A DNA stretch of 64,000 nucleotides from Abditibacteriaceae bacterium (GCA_965277285.1 OZ255721.1:3072001-3136000), one strand, 5' to 3'; positions 1-10,087 are shown, counted from the stretch's first letter. The notes: generated by a model from the letters alone, not told the origin. A program made the numbers and translations.

Positions 1-81
1 GGTTGGCTGCGTTCAAAGAAAATCGAGTTAATCGAAAGTAGTAATCCGGTTTGGGAAGATTTAAGTTGTGGTTGAGACTAC

Positions 82-155
82 CAGTTTGTCATTCTGAGGG
101 CAGCGAAGAATCTAACTGTAGCCAGATTCTTCGCCGCGCTCAGAATGACAAACTG
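82..155. repeat. REP-like hairpin, family A (GTCATTCTGAGCGCAGCGAAGAATCT arms)
   Basis: Inverted arms of about 30 bp around a 10-nt loop; same family at 1978, 23379/24310 and 49316. Confidence 0.9.
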
Positions 156-269
156 AAAGTGTGATACTCGAGTATCGAGTACTCGATACTCGTAAAAATA
201 AGCTGTAAATATTATTAAAAAGCCGTAAAAAATGAGAGTTCTGAAGAACTGTCGAAAGGAAAGTATTTT

Positions 270-1934
270 ATGAGTCGAAGTGAAATTAAAGTCATCCCGT
301 TGGGTGGCTGCTGCGAGATCGGCAAGAACATGATGCTGTATGAATACGATGACAAAATCCTCATCGTCGATTGCGGCGTGATGTTTCCCGATGAAGACCT
401 GCCGGGCGTTGACTTGATCATCCCCGATTTTACCTACCTGCGCGACAACCGCGAGCGCATCGCCGGTTTGTGCATCACGCATGGACACGAAGACCACGTC
501 GGCGCGATGGCGTATTTCTTAGCCGACTTCCCCGAAGTGCCGATTTATGGCGGCAAGCTGGCTTTGGGAATTATGAAAGGCCGCCTGCGCGAGCATCCGA
601 TTGATGCCAACAGTCTGAAAACGCACGAAGCAAACCCGGGCGACACGGTGCAAATCGGGCCGTTCAAAGTCGAGTTTATTCGCGTCGGGCACTCGATTCC
701 CGATGCGTGCGGTTTGGCAATCACAACCGATCTGGGAACTATCATTCAGAGCGGCGATTTCAAGTTCGATCAGACGCCGGTCGATGGCAAAACGCCGCAG
801 TTCGCGCGCTTTGCGCAATATGGCGAAGAAGGCGTGCTGGCGCTTTTGAGCGACACGACGAACGCCGGACGCGCCGGTTTGACGGGCAGCGAATCGAGCG
901 TTCGTCCCGGCTTGGAGCGCATTTTCGCGGACGCGCCGGGTCGCATTTTCGTGGCGACGTTCGCCTCGAACGTGCATCGCGTGCAGCAGATTTTAGACAT
1001 CGCGGCGCTTTATGGTCGTCGCGTCGCATTAACTGGACGTTCAATGCTGACGATTTGCGGCATCGCGCAGGAATTGGGTTATCTCAAGCCGCCGCAGCCT
1101 TTGCTCAATATCGAAGACATCGACAATCATGGCGACAGCGAAATCTGCATCCTGATGACGGGCGCGCAAGGCGAACCGATGGCGGCTTTGTCGAAGATGG
1201 CGCGCGGACAAAACCGCTTTGTCGAGATGCAGGAAAACGATACGGTCGTGCTTTCGAGTACTCCAATTCCTGGTAATGAAGGCGCGGTTTTCAAAGTCAT
1301 CAACGCGTTGTGTTTGAATGGTGCGCATGTTTATCGCGCGCCCAATCATGCGGTTCATGTTTCGGGTCATGGCAATCAGGAAGATTTGCGCCTGATGCTG
1401 AACCTGACGCGCCCCAAATATCCGATTCCCTATCACGGCGAACCGCGCCACGCATTGGCGTATGCCGATTTGTGCTCGGAAGTCGGCTACGAACGCGAAA
1501 ATATCCCGTTCATGCAAGTCGGCGACGTGCTAAGCGTGACGCCCGATAGTTGCGAAATCACCGGACAAGTTCCTGCGGGAAGTGTCTTGGTCGACGGCTT
1601 AACGGTCGGCGATGTCGGCGGCGCCGTGCTGCGCGATCGTCGTCATCTGGCGGATGACGGCGTTGTGGTCGCAACCGTGATTATGGACAAGCACACGGGC
1701 GCGATTTTAACTGGCCCCGATTTGACGCAACGCGGCTTTTTGCATCAGCCGAACAGCGAAGAATTTATGGCGCAGGCGACATTGCGCGTCAAGAACCGCT
1801 TGGAATCGCTGAACCACGCGCCGATGGCGGACGAACAGGGCGTTGCACGTCTTATTCGTGAATCGCTGTCCGACTTCATTTCGAGCAGCGTGCGCCGCAA
1901 ACCGATGATCTTGCCGGTCGTGATGCAGGTTTAA
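270..1934 (+). CDS. rnj: Ribonuclease J
   Basis: N-terminal PLGGxxEIGKN, metallo-beta-lactamase THGHEDH, beta-CASP FASNVHR, HVSGH, C-terminal RRKPMILPV. Confidence 0.96.
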   Translation: MSRSEIKVIPLGGCCEIGKNMMLYEYDDKILIVDCGVMFPDEDLPGVDLIIPDFTYLRDNRERIAGLCITHGHEDHVGAMAYFLADFPEVPIYGGKLALGIMKGRLREHPIDANSLKTHEANPGDTVQIGPFKVEFIRVGHSIPDACGLAITTDLGTIIQSGDFKFDQTPVDGKTPQFARFAQYGEEGVLALLSDTTNAGRAGLTGSESSVRPGLERIFADAPGRIFVATFASNVHRVQQILDIAALYGRRVALTGRSMLTICGIAQELGYLKPPQPLLNIEDIDNHGDSEICILMTGAQGEPMAALSKMARGQNRFVEMQENDTVVLSSTPIPGNEGAVFKVINALCLNGAHVYRAPNHAVHVSGHGNQEDLRLMLNLTRPKYPIPYHGEPRHALAYADLCSEVGYERENIPFMQVGDVLSVTPDSCEITGQVPAGSVLVDGLTVGDVGGAVLRDRRHLADDGVVVATVIMDKHTGAILTGPDLTQRGFLHQPNSEEFMAQATLRVKNRLESLNHAPMADEQGVARLIRESLSDFISSSVRRKPMILPVVMQV

Positions 1935-1977
1935 TTGAAGACGCCAAGAACGCCAAGAAAAGAAGGAAAAAGAATCA

Positions 1978-2064
1978 GTGTAAAAGTCTGTCATTCTGAG
2001 CGCAGCGAAGAATCTGGCCTACAGTTAGATTCTTCGCTGCGCTCAGAATGACAGACTTTTACAC
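1978..2064. repeat. REP-like hairpin, family A
   Basis: Perfect inverted arms GTGTAAAAGTCTGTCATTCTGAGCGCAGCGAAGAATCT between convergent rnj and nnrD. Confidence 0.9.
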
Positions 2065-2082
2065 TGGTGTCCTTTGCTGCGG

Positions 2083-2985
2083 TTATTTTTCGCGGAAGTG
2101 TTTCAGTGCGTGTGGCAATCGTTCTAAGAAATCGGTCGCCATCAGGCCGTCGTCGCCTTGAACTTTGGCCGCCAATTCTCCGGCTTTGGCGTGCAGATGA
2201 ACGCCCCAAACGGCGGCGCGTGGTGCGTCCATCTTTTGCGCCAATAAACTTCCGATAACGCCTGAAAGAACGTCGCCGCTGCCCGCGGTGCCCATGCCGC
2301 GCGTTCCCGCCGTGTTGATGAACAGCTTTTTATCAGGCGACGCGATCAAAGTTGCGCGGTCTTTGAGAATCAGCGTAACTTTGTTTTCATGGGCGAAATT
2401 GTGCGCGATTTCTTCACGGCGCGCCTCGATTTCCGTCGCTTCGATTCCCAGCAACGCGCTCATTTCTCCTGGATGCGGCGTCAATATGCGTTCGAGTACT
2501 CGATTGTTTTCCGTGCCATAATCGCGCTTGTTTTCAGGCGATTTGCTCAATGCAACAAGGGCTTGCGCGTCGATTAAAAGCGGCAACGGGCAAGCTGAAA
2601 TCACTTTCAGGCACAACGCGTTGGTTTCATCGTTGGCGTCCAATCCTGGCCCGACAACTGCCGCGTCGCACGACTGGTATTGTTCTTCCAAAATCTTCAA
2701 TGACTGGAGCGAAACCGTTCCGTCAGTCGTTTCAGTCAAAGGAATCATCATCAGTTCGGGAACGGCGACGCCGATTTGCGTGCAAATGCTTTCTGGTGCA
2801 GCGACGCGAACGGTTCCACAGCCGGAGCGCAAGGCGGCTTTGGCGGATAAAATCGCCGGGCCGGGCAAGCGGCGCGAACCGGCGATGATCAACAATTTGC
2901 CGTAATCGGCTTTTGATGCATCATTCGAGTACTCGATGAGCGGCATTTTCTTCAATAAATGGGGATTGATAAGTTTCGGTTTCAT
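2083..2985 (-). CDS. nnrD: ADP-dependent NAD(P)H-hydrate dehydratase (YjeF C-terminal, carbohydrate kinase family)
   Basis: KADYGKLLIIAGS, GPGL, LTPHPGEM, GTAGSGDVLSG motifs; start moved to ATG 2985 (MKPKLI). Confidence 0.9.
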   Translation of the reverse strand: MKPKLINPHLLKKMPLIEYSNDASKADYGKLLIIAGSRRLPGPAILSAKAALRSGCGTVRVAAPESICTQIGVAVPELMMIPLTETTDGTVSLQSLKILEEQYQSCDAAVVGPGLDANDETNALCLKVISACPLPLLIDAQALVALSKSPENKRDYGTENNRVLERILTPHPGEMSALLGIEATEIEARREEIAHNFAHENKVTLILKDRATLIASPDKKLFINTAGTRGMGTAGSGDVLSGVIGSLLAQKMDAPRAAVWGVHLHAKAGELAAKVQGDDGLMATDFLERLPHALKHFREK

Positions 2986-3065
2986 GCTGTTGAATGCAGC
3001 GAAAAGTGCGCCAACTTTGATAAAGTAAAAACGATTCCACACCAAGCACAACACAAAGGAAAATA

Positions 3066-4055
3066 ATGGTAACGACAGCGATTGTAGGCGTGGCGCATAT
3101 TCACACGCCGGGTTTTGTCAGGATGTTGAAGGGCCGCGACGACGTGCGCGTTAAAGCGGTTTACAACGACGATATTGAGCGCGGCGAGAAGACCGCGCAG
3201 GAAGTCGGCGCGACGTTCACGACCGATCTCGACACGATTTTGAATGACAAAGAAATTACGTCCGTCATCATTTGCAGCGAAACCGTGCGCCACGTCGAAC
3301 TGGTGGAAAAGTGCGCCGCGGCGGGCAAAGATTTGTTCGTCGAAAAGCCTTTGGCAACAACGGTTGAAGACACGGCGCGCATTCGGGCGGCGGTTGAAAA
3401 AGCGGGCGTTCAGTTTCAAACTGGCTTTTTTATGCGCTCCAGCGGCGCCATTCAATTTGCCAAAGCCGAAGTCGCAGCCGGACATCTGGGCAAAATCACG
3501 CGCATGCGTCACACCAATGCGCACGAGGCCGCGATTGGTGGCTGGTTTCATCCCGATTGGGAATGGATTCCCAACAAAGAATTGTCGGGCGGCGGCGGTT
3601 TCGCTGACCTGGGCGCGCACTCGCTCGACATCATTTTGATGATTCTGCGTCCGGTTTGCGGTGGTGTCAAGAAAGTCGCGGCGAGTCTGGGCAGCGGTTT
3701 CGTGCGCTACAAAGATATTGACGAATTCGGCGCTGGACTGATTACTTTTGAGTCGGACGCGATTGCGGTTGTCGAAGCCAGTTGGATCGATCCGAAGTTG
3801 CATTCTCCGGTCGAAATCAATGGCACGGAAGGTCAGATTCGCATCGAAGGCAGCAAAGTCTTTTATTATTCCAAGCACGTCGAAGGCGCCGATGGCAGCG
3901 AAGTGACCAAATTGCCGGAAAACGCGCCGCACGCTTTTCAATTGTTCTTCGACAAACTGAACGGCAAAGAAATCGCGGTTCCGCTGGTGACAATCGAAGA
4001 AGCGGCGGAAGAATCGCGCGTCATGGCCGAAATGTATAAAGCCGCTGGCGCATAA
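3066..4055 (+). CDS. Gfo/Idh/MocA family oxidoreductase
   Basis: FVEKPLA motif, GGGGFADLGAHSLD, Rossmann-type N-terminus. Confidence 0.9.
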   Translation: MVTTAIVGVAHIHTPGFVRMLKGRDDVRVKAVYNDDIERGEKTAQEVGATFTTDLDTILNDKEITSVIICSETVRHVELVEKCAAAGKDLFVEKPLATTVEDTARIRAAVEKAGVQFQTGFFMRSSGAIQFAKAEVAAGHLGKITRMRHTNAHEAAIGGWFHPDWEWIPNKELSGGGGFADLGAHSLDIILMILRPVCGGVKKVAASLGSGFVRYKDIDEFGAGLITFESDAIAVVEASWIDPKLHSPVEINGTEGQIRIEGSKVFYYSKHVEGADGSEVTKLPENAPHAFQLFFDKLNGKEIAVPLVTIEEAAEESRVMAEMYKAAGA

Positions 4056-4072
4056 ACAATTACGGTAGATCA

Positions 4073-4108
4073 AAAGCGCCCATTTCGAGTACTCGAAATG
4101 GGCGCTTT
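4073..4108. terminator. 36-bp perfect palindrome, probable bidirectional terminator, centred on the 12-mer
   Basis: AAAGCGCCCATTTCGAGT|ACTCGAAATGGGCGCTTT between convergent genes. Confidence 0.75.
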
Positions 4109-4171
4109 CTCATTTGAACAGCTTTGATATAGCAGTTAGACGATTGAACGCTACACACTTGAGCAACCCTT

Positions 4172-4242
4172 GTAGGGACGCAGATTTCTGCGTCCGCTGT
4201 GTGCAAGTTTGAATTAGCGGACGCAGAAATCTGCGTCCCTAC
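4172..4242. repeat. GTAG-type REP doublet (REPIN-like), family B
   Basis: GTAGGGACGCAGATTTCTGCGTCCGCT plus its inverted copy ending CCCTAC; relatives at 28532, 34155, 46341. Confidence 0.85.
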
Positions 4243-4249
4243 TGACACA

Positions 4250-4939
4250 TTAAATGAGCGACTCGCCGATTTCTTGCGCCGCGCCCGCCGGATCATCGGC
4301 GGCTGTAATCGGGCGCCCGATGACGAGATAATTGGCGCCCAAATCAACGGCTTCGCGCGGCGTCATCACACGTTTTTGATCGCCCAATTCCGCCGTCGCG
4401 GGACGAATGCCAGGCGTGACAAGAAGAAAATCCGCGCCGCATTCTTCGCGCACTGCAACGATTTCCTGCGGTGAACAGACGACGCCGTCCAAACCGGCTT
4501 CCTGAGCCAATCGCGCCAAACGTCGCACAACGCTTTGCGGCTCTTCATCCAAACCCAATCTCGCCAGACTTTCTCGGTCGTGCGAAGTCAAAACCGTGAC
4601 GCCGATCAATCGAGTACTCGAATTGACGCTTTTTATGGCGTCGTTGGCGGCGCGCATCATTTCCAATCCGCCCAAACAATGCACGGTGGTAATGTCAACG
4701 CCCATTTTTGCGATCACGCGCATCGCGCTCGCGACAGTGTTTGGAATGTCGTGCAATTTCAAATCGAGGAAAACGTTGTGTGTGCCAATTTCTTCGACGA
4801 TAGATTTTCCTTCCGAAAGATAAAGTTCCAGCCCGATTTTGAAACCGCCAACGTGCGGACGCAATTGTTCGGCGAGCGCAAGCGCCGAAGTTTTATCGGG
4901 CACATCGAGCGCGACGAAAATAGGATTTTGTGAAGACAT
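4250..4939 (-). CDS. pyrF: Orotidine-5'-phosphate decarboxylase
   Basis: FVALD, FLDLKLHDIPNTV, VTVLTS, VTPGIR, DQKRVMTP, VIGRPIT; start at MSSQ. Confidence 0.97.
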   Translation of the reverse strand: MSSQNPIFVALDVPDKTSALALAEQLRPHVGGFKIGLELYLSEGKSIVEEIGTHNVFLDLKLHDIPNTVASAMRVIAKMGVDITTVHCLGGLEMMRAANDAIKSVNSSTRLIGVTVLTSHDRESLARLGLDEEPQSVVRRLARLAQEAGLDGVVCSPQEIVAVREECGADFLLVTPGIRPATAELGDQKRVMTPREAVDLGANYLVIGRPITAADDPAGAAQEIGESLI

Positions 4940-4967
4940 TGATAGGATTTTAGCAAACATTCATCTG

Positions 4968-5570
4968 TTACCCGATTTTCTGTTTCTCCTTTGTGATCGT
5001 AAAGATGATCGGGTTGCTTATCAGGGAACAACTCTCGCTGTTTAAGACACGCTTCATTTCTTTGGCATCGTGCGGGCCGAGCGAACTGTTGCTCCAGATC
5101 ATTCTGGGACGATTGGTATAGGAAAATAAGACTTTGTATCGACCTGGTTGAGACAATGTGGGAAAGCCAATCCACTCGCGCGCCAACTTTCTGGTTTTAC
5201 CTGGCGCGATAGTGAAAACCTCGCCACTACTTAACGGATTATAGTTGCCGCAACGAGGCACGCCTTCTGGGACAAAGGACTCGAATTGCTCTGAATGCGT
5301 ATTCAGCTTGAAAATGATCCAACGAACAAGAGGCGTTCGCATACCAATGTCACTGCCGTCGCCCGCTTGCACCAATGTTGCTGGTTGCTTGCCTTGGTTT
5401 TTCACGGATATACAAATAACAGGATATTCTTTGGCGCGTAGAACCGTTTTTGCTGCTGAAATTTGAATGAGAAGTTCTGGCTTCTGGGGCTTGGTAGGCA
5501 CCACTGCAAAAGAACGCCCTACAGCTAAGGATATCCAAGCTGTCAAGGTGCAAAGCGTTTTGATATTCAT
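4968..5570 (-). CDS. Hypothetical secreted protein (beta-rich, Ig-like)
   Basis: Signal-peptide-like N-terminus; visibly AT-richer than neighbours. Confidence 0.65.
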   Translation of the reverse strand: MNIKTLCTLTAWISLAVGRSFAVVPTKPQKPELLIQISAAKTVLRAKEYPVICISVKNQGKQPATLVQAGDGSDIGMRTPLVRWIIFKLNTHSEQFESFVPEGVPRCGNYNPLSSGEVFTIAPGKTRKLAREWIGFPTLSQPGRYKVLFSYTNRPRMIWSNSSLGPHDAKEMKRVLNSESCSLISNPIIFTITKEKQKIG

Positions 5571-5641
5571 ATTCCGATTATATCGAGTACTCGATTGGTC
5601 TTAACGACAACATCTGGCTGTCAAGTTAAACTGGCGGAATT

Positions 5642-7066
5642 ATGGAAGATTATCCCGAAAGTCTGACAACGCGTAAAAGTGTTTCAACACTCGAAAAAGC
5701 TCTTGTTATCAATTTGCAGTCGCGCAAATATGGCGCGTTCGCGGAAATCGGCGCCGGTCAGGAAGTGGTGCGCTGGTTTTTTCAGGCCGGCGGCGCCAGT
5801 CAAACCATCGCTAAAAGCATTTCAGCGTATGACATGACGGTCAGCGACGCGATTTATGGCACGTCTGACCGCTATGTTTCGCGTGGTCGCCTGGCCAAAA
5901 TGCTGGAATACGAATATGCGCTGGAACTGGAGCGTTTGGGCGCCAAGCGCGGCGAAGACACCGAGTTTTTCGTGTTCGCCGATACGGTCGCGGCGCGCAA
6001 TTTCAAGGGCACCAACGAATGTCACGGCTGGATGGGCGTGCGTTTTCAAACTCATCCGCGCAGCGAACCGAACCAGATCGTGATGCACGTCCGAATGTTG
6101 GATGAGCGCAACATTGAGCAGCAGGAAGCGCTGGGAATCGTCGGCATCAACCTGATTCATAGCGCGTTTTTCCTTTATCCTTCGCCCGAAGCGATCATGG
6201 AATCGCTGCTCGATAACCTGACCACGCGCCGCATCGACGTGGACATGATTCATTTTTCGGGGCCGGTTTTCGCCGATGTCGATCATCGCTTGATGAGCTT
6301 GAAACTGGTGCAACTGGGCTTGAGCGATACGGCGATGTTCGATCCCAACGGCCAAGTTTTGCAGCCTTCGGAAGTGTTATACAAGCGCCCGATTTTGGTC
6401 GAGCGCGGCAGTTTTCGACCTGTCACGCGCGTCAACATGGATATGCTGGCGAGCGCGCGCGAGCAGTTCGCGCAAGACCCCGAAGTCGAAGAAGACAAAA
6501 TTGTGACGCTGATGGAAATCACGATGCGCAACTTGTTGCAAAGCGGCGAAATCGACATCGCCGACTTTCTGGCGCGCGCCGACATCATGGCCGCAACCGG
6601 CGCAACGGTGATGATTTCCAATTACTTCGAGTACTATCGTTTGGCAGCGTATCTTCAGCGTTATACATCGCAGCCGATTGGTTTGGCGATGGGCATTCCC
6701 AGCCTGCGCGATTTGTTCGATGAAAAGTATTACGAAACGCTCGAAGGCGGCATTTTGGAATCGTTCGGGCGCTTGTTCAAGAAAGATTTGAAATTGTATA
6801 TTTATCCCGAAAAGAACGAGCAAACCGGCGGCTTGATCACGGTTCCCAAGATGAAAGTCGCGCCGCATCTGCAAAATCTTTATAACCACCTGGTCGAAAA
6901 CGAATACATTCAGGCGCTGGACTTTTTCGACCGCAAGTATCTGCATATCTTTTCGCGCGATGTGCTTAATCGCATCGCCAACCGCGACAGTTCGTGGGAA
7001 GAAATGGTGCCGCCCGAAGTCGCCAAAATCATCAAAGAACGCGGCTATTTCGGCTATCAGGCGTAA
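5642..7066 (+). CDS. Conserved protein, putative nucleotidyltransferase (CinA/PncC-like N-terminus plus NMN adenylyltransferase-like C-terminus)
   Basis: AEIGAGQEV...GGASQTIAKSISAYD resembles the PncC start; GSFRPVT and WEEMVPPEVAKIIKE resemble NadD/NMNAT motifs. Confidence 0.55.
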   Translation: MEDYPESLTTRKSVSTLEKALVINLQSRKYGAFAEIGAGQEVVRWFFQAGGASQTIAKSISAYDMTVSDAIYGTSDRYVSRGRLAKMLEYEYALELERLGAKRGEDTEFFVFADTVAARNFKGTNECHGWMGVRFQTHPRSEPNQIVMHVRMLDERNIEQQEALGIVGINLIHSAFFLYPSPEAIMESLLDNLTTRRIDVDMIHFSGPVFADVDHRLMSLKLVQLGLSDTAMFDPNGQVLQPSEVLYKRPILVERGSFRPVTRVNMDMLASAREQFAQDPEVEEDKIVTLMEITMRNLLQSGEIDIADFLARADIMAATGATVMISNYFEYYRLAAYLQRYTSQPIGLAMGIPSLRDLFDEKYYETLEGGILESFGRLFKKDLKLYIYPEKNEQTGGLITVPKMKVAPHLQNLYNHLVENEYIQALDFFDRKYLHIFSRDVLNRIANRDSSWEEMVPPEVAKIIKERGYFGYQA

Positions 7067-7092
7067 AGTTTCAAAGGCAAAACTTCAAAGGC

Positions 7093-7127
7093 AAAACGGC
7101 GGCTGCGAAGATTGCAGCCGCCGTTTT
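7093..7127. terminator. Bidirectional intrinsic terminator
   Basis: AAAACGGCGGCTGC-loop-GCAGCCGCCGTTTT between convergent genes. Confidence 0.8.
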
Positions 7128-7163
7128 GGTCTTCAGCATCGAGTACTCGATGGGTGTGAGAAC

Positions 7164-7931
7164 TCAAGGGTTCTGCATCTTTTGCATTTCTTTTTCAAAT
7201 TGTTGCATGGTCTCCACTTTGTAGCCTGCGGGAACGCGGAACAAAGACGGTGACGGCTTGAAGTTGGTGTCCAATTGCGTGGCGATTGATGTTGTCTTTG
7301 AAATGTACGATTTGCCACCGGCTTTCATGGTTGTCGTCGATTCCATGCGCAGCGGCAGATTCTTCCAAACCCACACTTTGTTGTGTGTGATGGAAGCGCG
7401 ACTGTTCGAGTCGACAGCGCGAATTTCGCACGGCTTGCCCAAAATGGTGCTGTGTCCGATCACGCGACTTTGATTTGAAGGGGTCAATCGAGTGCCCATC
7501 TCCATCAAGCGCTTGAAGTAATCGCGCGGCAGCATCGTCCTGAGCACGACTTTGCGGCCCGCAGGCTGGCTCAGCATTTCGCCCGTCATCGCCGTGTAAA
7601 GCGCTTTGCCATCGGTGAACGTCCACGAATTCGTATTGACATCTTGTCCGCTCAGGCCGCCGCTGAGGTGACCTTGCAAATCTTGGCGAAAAAGTTCGCC
7701 GCCGTTTGCCCACGTCCAAGTCATATTGCTGCTCATCGATCCCATGCCGCTTGATGTCATGTGATATTTAATTCTTGCGCTGGGGAAAGGCAGGCGCATG
7801 ATGGATCCAGGCACGGCGGCAACCGGAGTTGCGGCAACCGGTGAGGGTTTGACGGCGAAAGATGCGACCGCCAGAAATGCCAGGGCGCGGCTCGCGGTGC
7901 GACTGGCGAATGGACGACAATTAAAACTCAT
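7164..7931 (-). CDS. Secreted DUF4412/LolA-fold-like protein, paralog 2
   Basis: RBS AGGAG before MSFNC; signal peptide; TILGKPCEI...WVWKNLPLR...PSPSLFRVPAGYKV. Confidence 0.75.
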   Translation of the reverse strand: MSFNCRPFASRTASRALAFLAVASFAVKPSPVAATPVAAVPGSIMRLPFPSARIKYHMTSSGMGSMSSNMTWTWANGGELFRQDLQGHLSGGLSGQDVNTNSWTFTDGKALYTAMTGEMLSQPAGRKVVLRTMLPRDYFKRLMEMGTRLTPSNQSRVIGHSTILGKPCEIRAVDSNSRASITHNKVWVWKNLPLRMESTTTMKAGGKSYISKTTSIATQLDTNFKPSPSLFRVPAGYKVETMQQFEKEMQKMQNP

Positions 7932-8087
7932 TTTTCTCCTTGCGAATACAGCTTCTGCGCAAGTATAAGGCACGCGATACTTGCACAGAACAGCTTGCAA
8001 AACTATTTTGTTCGGTGCACTTGAACGTTGTCGAGAATCCAAGACACAAGCGCCATTCGGCGCTATAAGCGCGGTCGTTGAAGCACA

Positions 8088-8120
8088 AAAGGGCGGCTGC
8101 ACAAATTGCAGCCGCCCTTT
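8088..8120. terminator. Intrinsic terminator abutting the 12-mer
   Basis: AAAGGGCGGCTGCA-loop-TGCAGCCGCCCTTT; last T is the first base of TCGAGTACTCGA. Confidence 0.75.
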
Positions 8121-8146
8121 CGAGTACTCGATTGTGATAGTTTTGT

Positions 8147-8908
8147 TCAGCGGCGACGATAGCGTTGCATGGCGGCTTGCATTTGTTTTTGCAAGGCGCT
8201 CATGTTTTGCACCTGATAGCCAGCGGGCAGGCGGAACAACGACGGCGACGGCTGAATGTTCGTATTGAGCTGCGTCGCAGCCATCGTCATGGTGACGTTT
8301 TGTGGCTTGCCTCGCAAGGTCATCATCATCGAGGTTTCGGTGCGCAGCGGCAAGTTTTGCCACATCCACATTTTGACTTGTCCGTGCATTTGCGGATATC
8401 GAATCGGCAGGACGCGAATGGTGCAAGGCTTGCCTAAAACGGTGCCGCGCCCGACGATGCGACCGGCGCCCGCATTTTCGATTCCTGGCACGCGTCCTGT
8501 CGCCATGCGCTCGAGATAATTGACGGGCATCGTCATGCGCATGGCAACCTTGCGGTTTTGCACCTGTCCTGGCATTCCGTTTGGCATCGCCATGTAAAGC
8601 GCTTGACCGTCGAAAATTGTCCACGATTGGATGTTGATAGCGCGCCCGCGAGCGTTCATGTGCATCAGCGAATCCTGGCGAAAACGCGCGCCACCACTTG
8701 CCCATGTCATGGTGATGTCGTTGCTTATCGCCATCTGGCCGCCCATCGTCATGTGATATTTCACCATTCCGCTATTGGTGGGAAAACGTGTCGCAGGCGC
8801 CGCCACGCTCGGCAATGGTTTGGCGGCAACAAGTCCGGTGACCGCGAGAAAGGCAAGAGCACGGGTTATAACCTTACGGCTTGCGATGTGACAATCGGTG
8901 AGTTTCAT
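8147..8908 (-). CDS. Secreted DUF4412/LolA-fold-like protein, paralog 1
   Basis: RBS AAGGAG; colinear with 7164-7931 (GTVLGKPCTI, WMWQNLPLR, PSPSLFRLPAGYQV). Confidence 0.75.
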   Translation of the reverse strand: MKLTDCHIASRKVITRALAFLAVTGLVAAKPLPSVAAPATRFPTNSGMVKYHMTMGGQMAISNDITMTWASGGARFRQDSLMHMNARGRAINIQSWTIFDGQALYMAMPNGMPGQVQNRKVAMRMTMPVNYLERMATGRVPGIENAGAGRIVGRGTVLGKPCTIRVLPIRYPQMHGQVKMWMWQNLPLRTETSMMMTLRGKPQNVTMTMAATQLNTNIQPSPSLFRLPAGYQVQNMSALQKQMQAAMQRYRRR

Positions 8909-9098
8909 TCTTCTCCTTGGAAAGGCTGCATTTTCGCGCATCGAGTACTCGATATCGGTAACTCGATGTCGGCAAAAGGCGGCGCATCAATTCTATTTTA
9001 CTTGCTGGCTGCGGCTTGCTGCTTGACGTTGCGATTTTTTAAGCGTGGCCTTGTTCCTGTTAAAATAGGCAACGGTTTTATTTCCTTTGCGGAGCACC

Positions 9099-9854
9099 AT
9101 GATTCAAGTTTTCATACTTTTGCTGGGCGCGTTGGGTTTGGGCGCGATGCACGCCTTTGAACCCGATCACATGGCCGCTGTCAGCACCTTTGTGGCGAAA
9201 CGTCCTTCGCCGCGCCAGGCCGCCTGGTTCGGCATCAACTGGGCGATGGGACACGGACTCAGCCTTTTGATTTTTGGCTCGATTTTATACGCGCTGCGCC
9301 GCGTTCTCGAACACGATCAACCTTTTCTGTTTTCCTCCGGCATTCTCGACCGCTTTGTCGGCGTCGTGCTGATTGGCTTGGGTTTGTGGACACTGCTGCA
9401 ACTTCGCGTCGGAGAAATGCACCATTCGCATCATCATTCGACAAATACCAAAACGGAAAGCGAAACACACACGCACGCCGATGGAACAACGCATTCGCAT
9501 GCTACCACGCATCGTCATTCTCATGGAAATGGTCTGGGTTCGTTGTTGATGGGAATGTTGCACGGCGGCGCGGGAACGGGCGCGTTTCTGGTGCAGGCGA
9601 TCAATGCGCAGGCGGCGTCGCATTACGGAATGATCGTGGCGTTTACTTTCGCCTTTAGCGTTGGCGTGTTGGCGTCTATGGGCTTTTACGCGGCGCTTTT
9701 GGGTGGCGCCATTGCGTGGGGCGGACGCCGCATGACGCGCTTTTTCGCCGCTGCACATTTGGTGACCGGCGTCCTGGCGTGCGGCGTCGGCGCTTGCATG
9801 CTGATCGGCCTGGAATTGCCTGGACTGACCGATATAATTTCGCGCGGACGTTGA
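9099..9854 (+). CDS. Nickel/cobalt transporter-like membrane protein (NicO/UreH family)
   Basis: HAFEPDHMAAV signature, WAMGH, His-rich loop, GMLHG, about 6 TM helices. Confidence 0.8.
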   Translation: MIQVFILLLGALGLGAMHAFEPDHMAAVSTFVAKRPSPRQAAWFGINWAMGHGLSLLIFGSILYALRRVLEHDQPFLFSSGILDRFVGVVLIGLGLWTLLQLRVGEMHHSHHHSTNTKTESETHTHADGTTHSHATTHRHSHGNGLGSLLMGMLHGGAGTGAFLVQAINAQAASHYGMIVAFTFAFSVGVLASMGFYAALLGGAIAWGGRRMTRFFAAAHLVTGVLACGVGACMLIGLELPGLTDIISRGR

Positions 9855-9901
9855 GGCTGCTCGCCTTTCGAGTACTCGATAGTTTTGTCAGTCGTAAAAC
9901 A

Positions 9902-9948
9902 AAAGCAGAAAGTGCGCACAGTTTTCTCGTGCGCACTTTCTGTTTTTT
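9902..9948. terminator. Intrinsic terminator
   Basis: CAGAAAGTGCGCAC-loop-GTGCGCACTTTCTG followed by a T run. Confidence 0.75.
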
Positions 9949-10087
9949 GTCGGAGGCAATGAGATTGTGCCGGGCAACTTTTGATTTGTGAAAGGCGAAA
10001 ATTGTGCGTTGACATTGTGCGTCGACAGCGATGTCGCGCAGCACGAAACATAGCGGGCGGTGCGGATCATGGAATACGTGAAGCGAT

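Noticed and set aside
7164..8705. 513-aa ORF from the ORF track
   Set aside because: The 5' half overlaps the 8147-8908 gene in another frame; the real start with RBS is 7931
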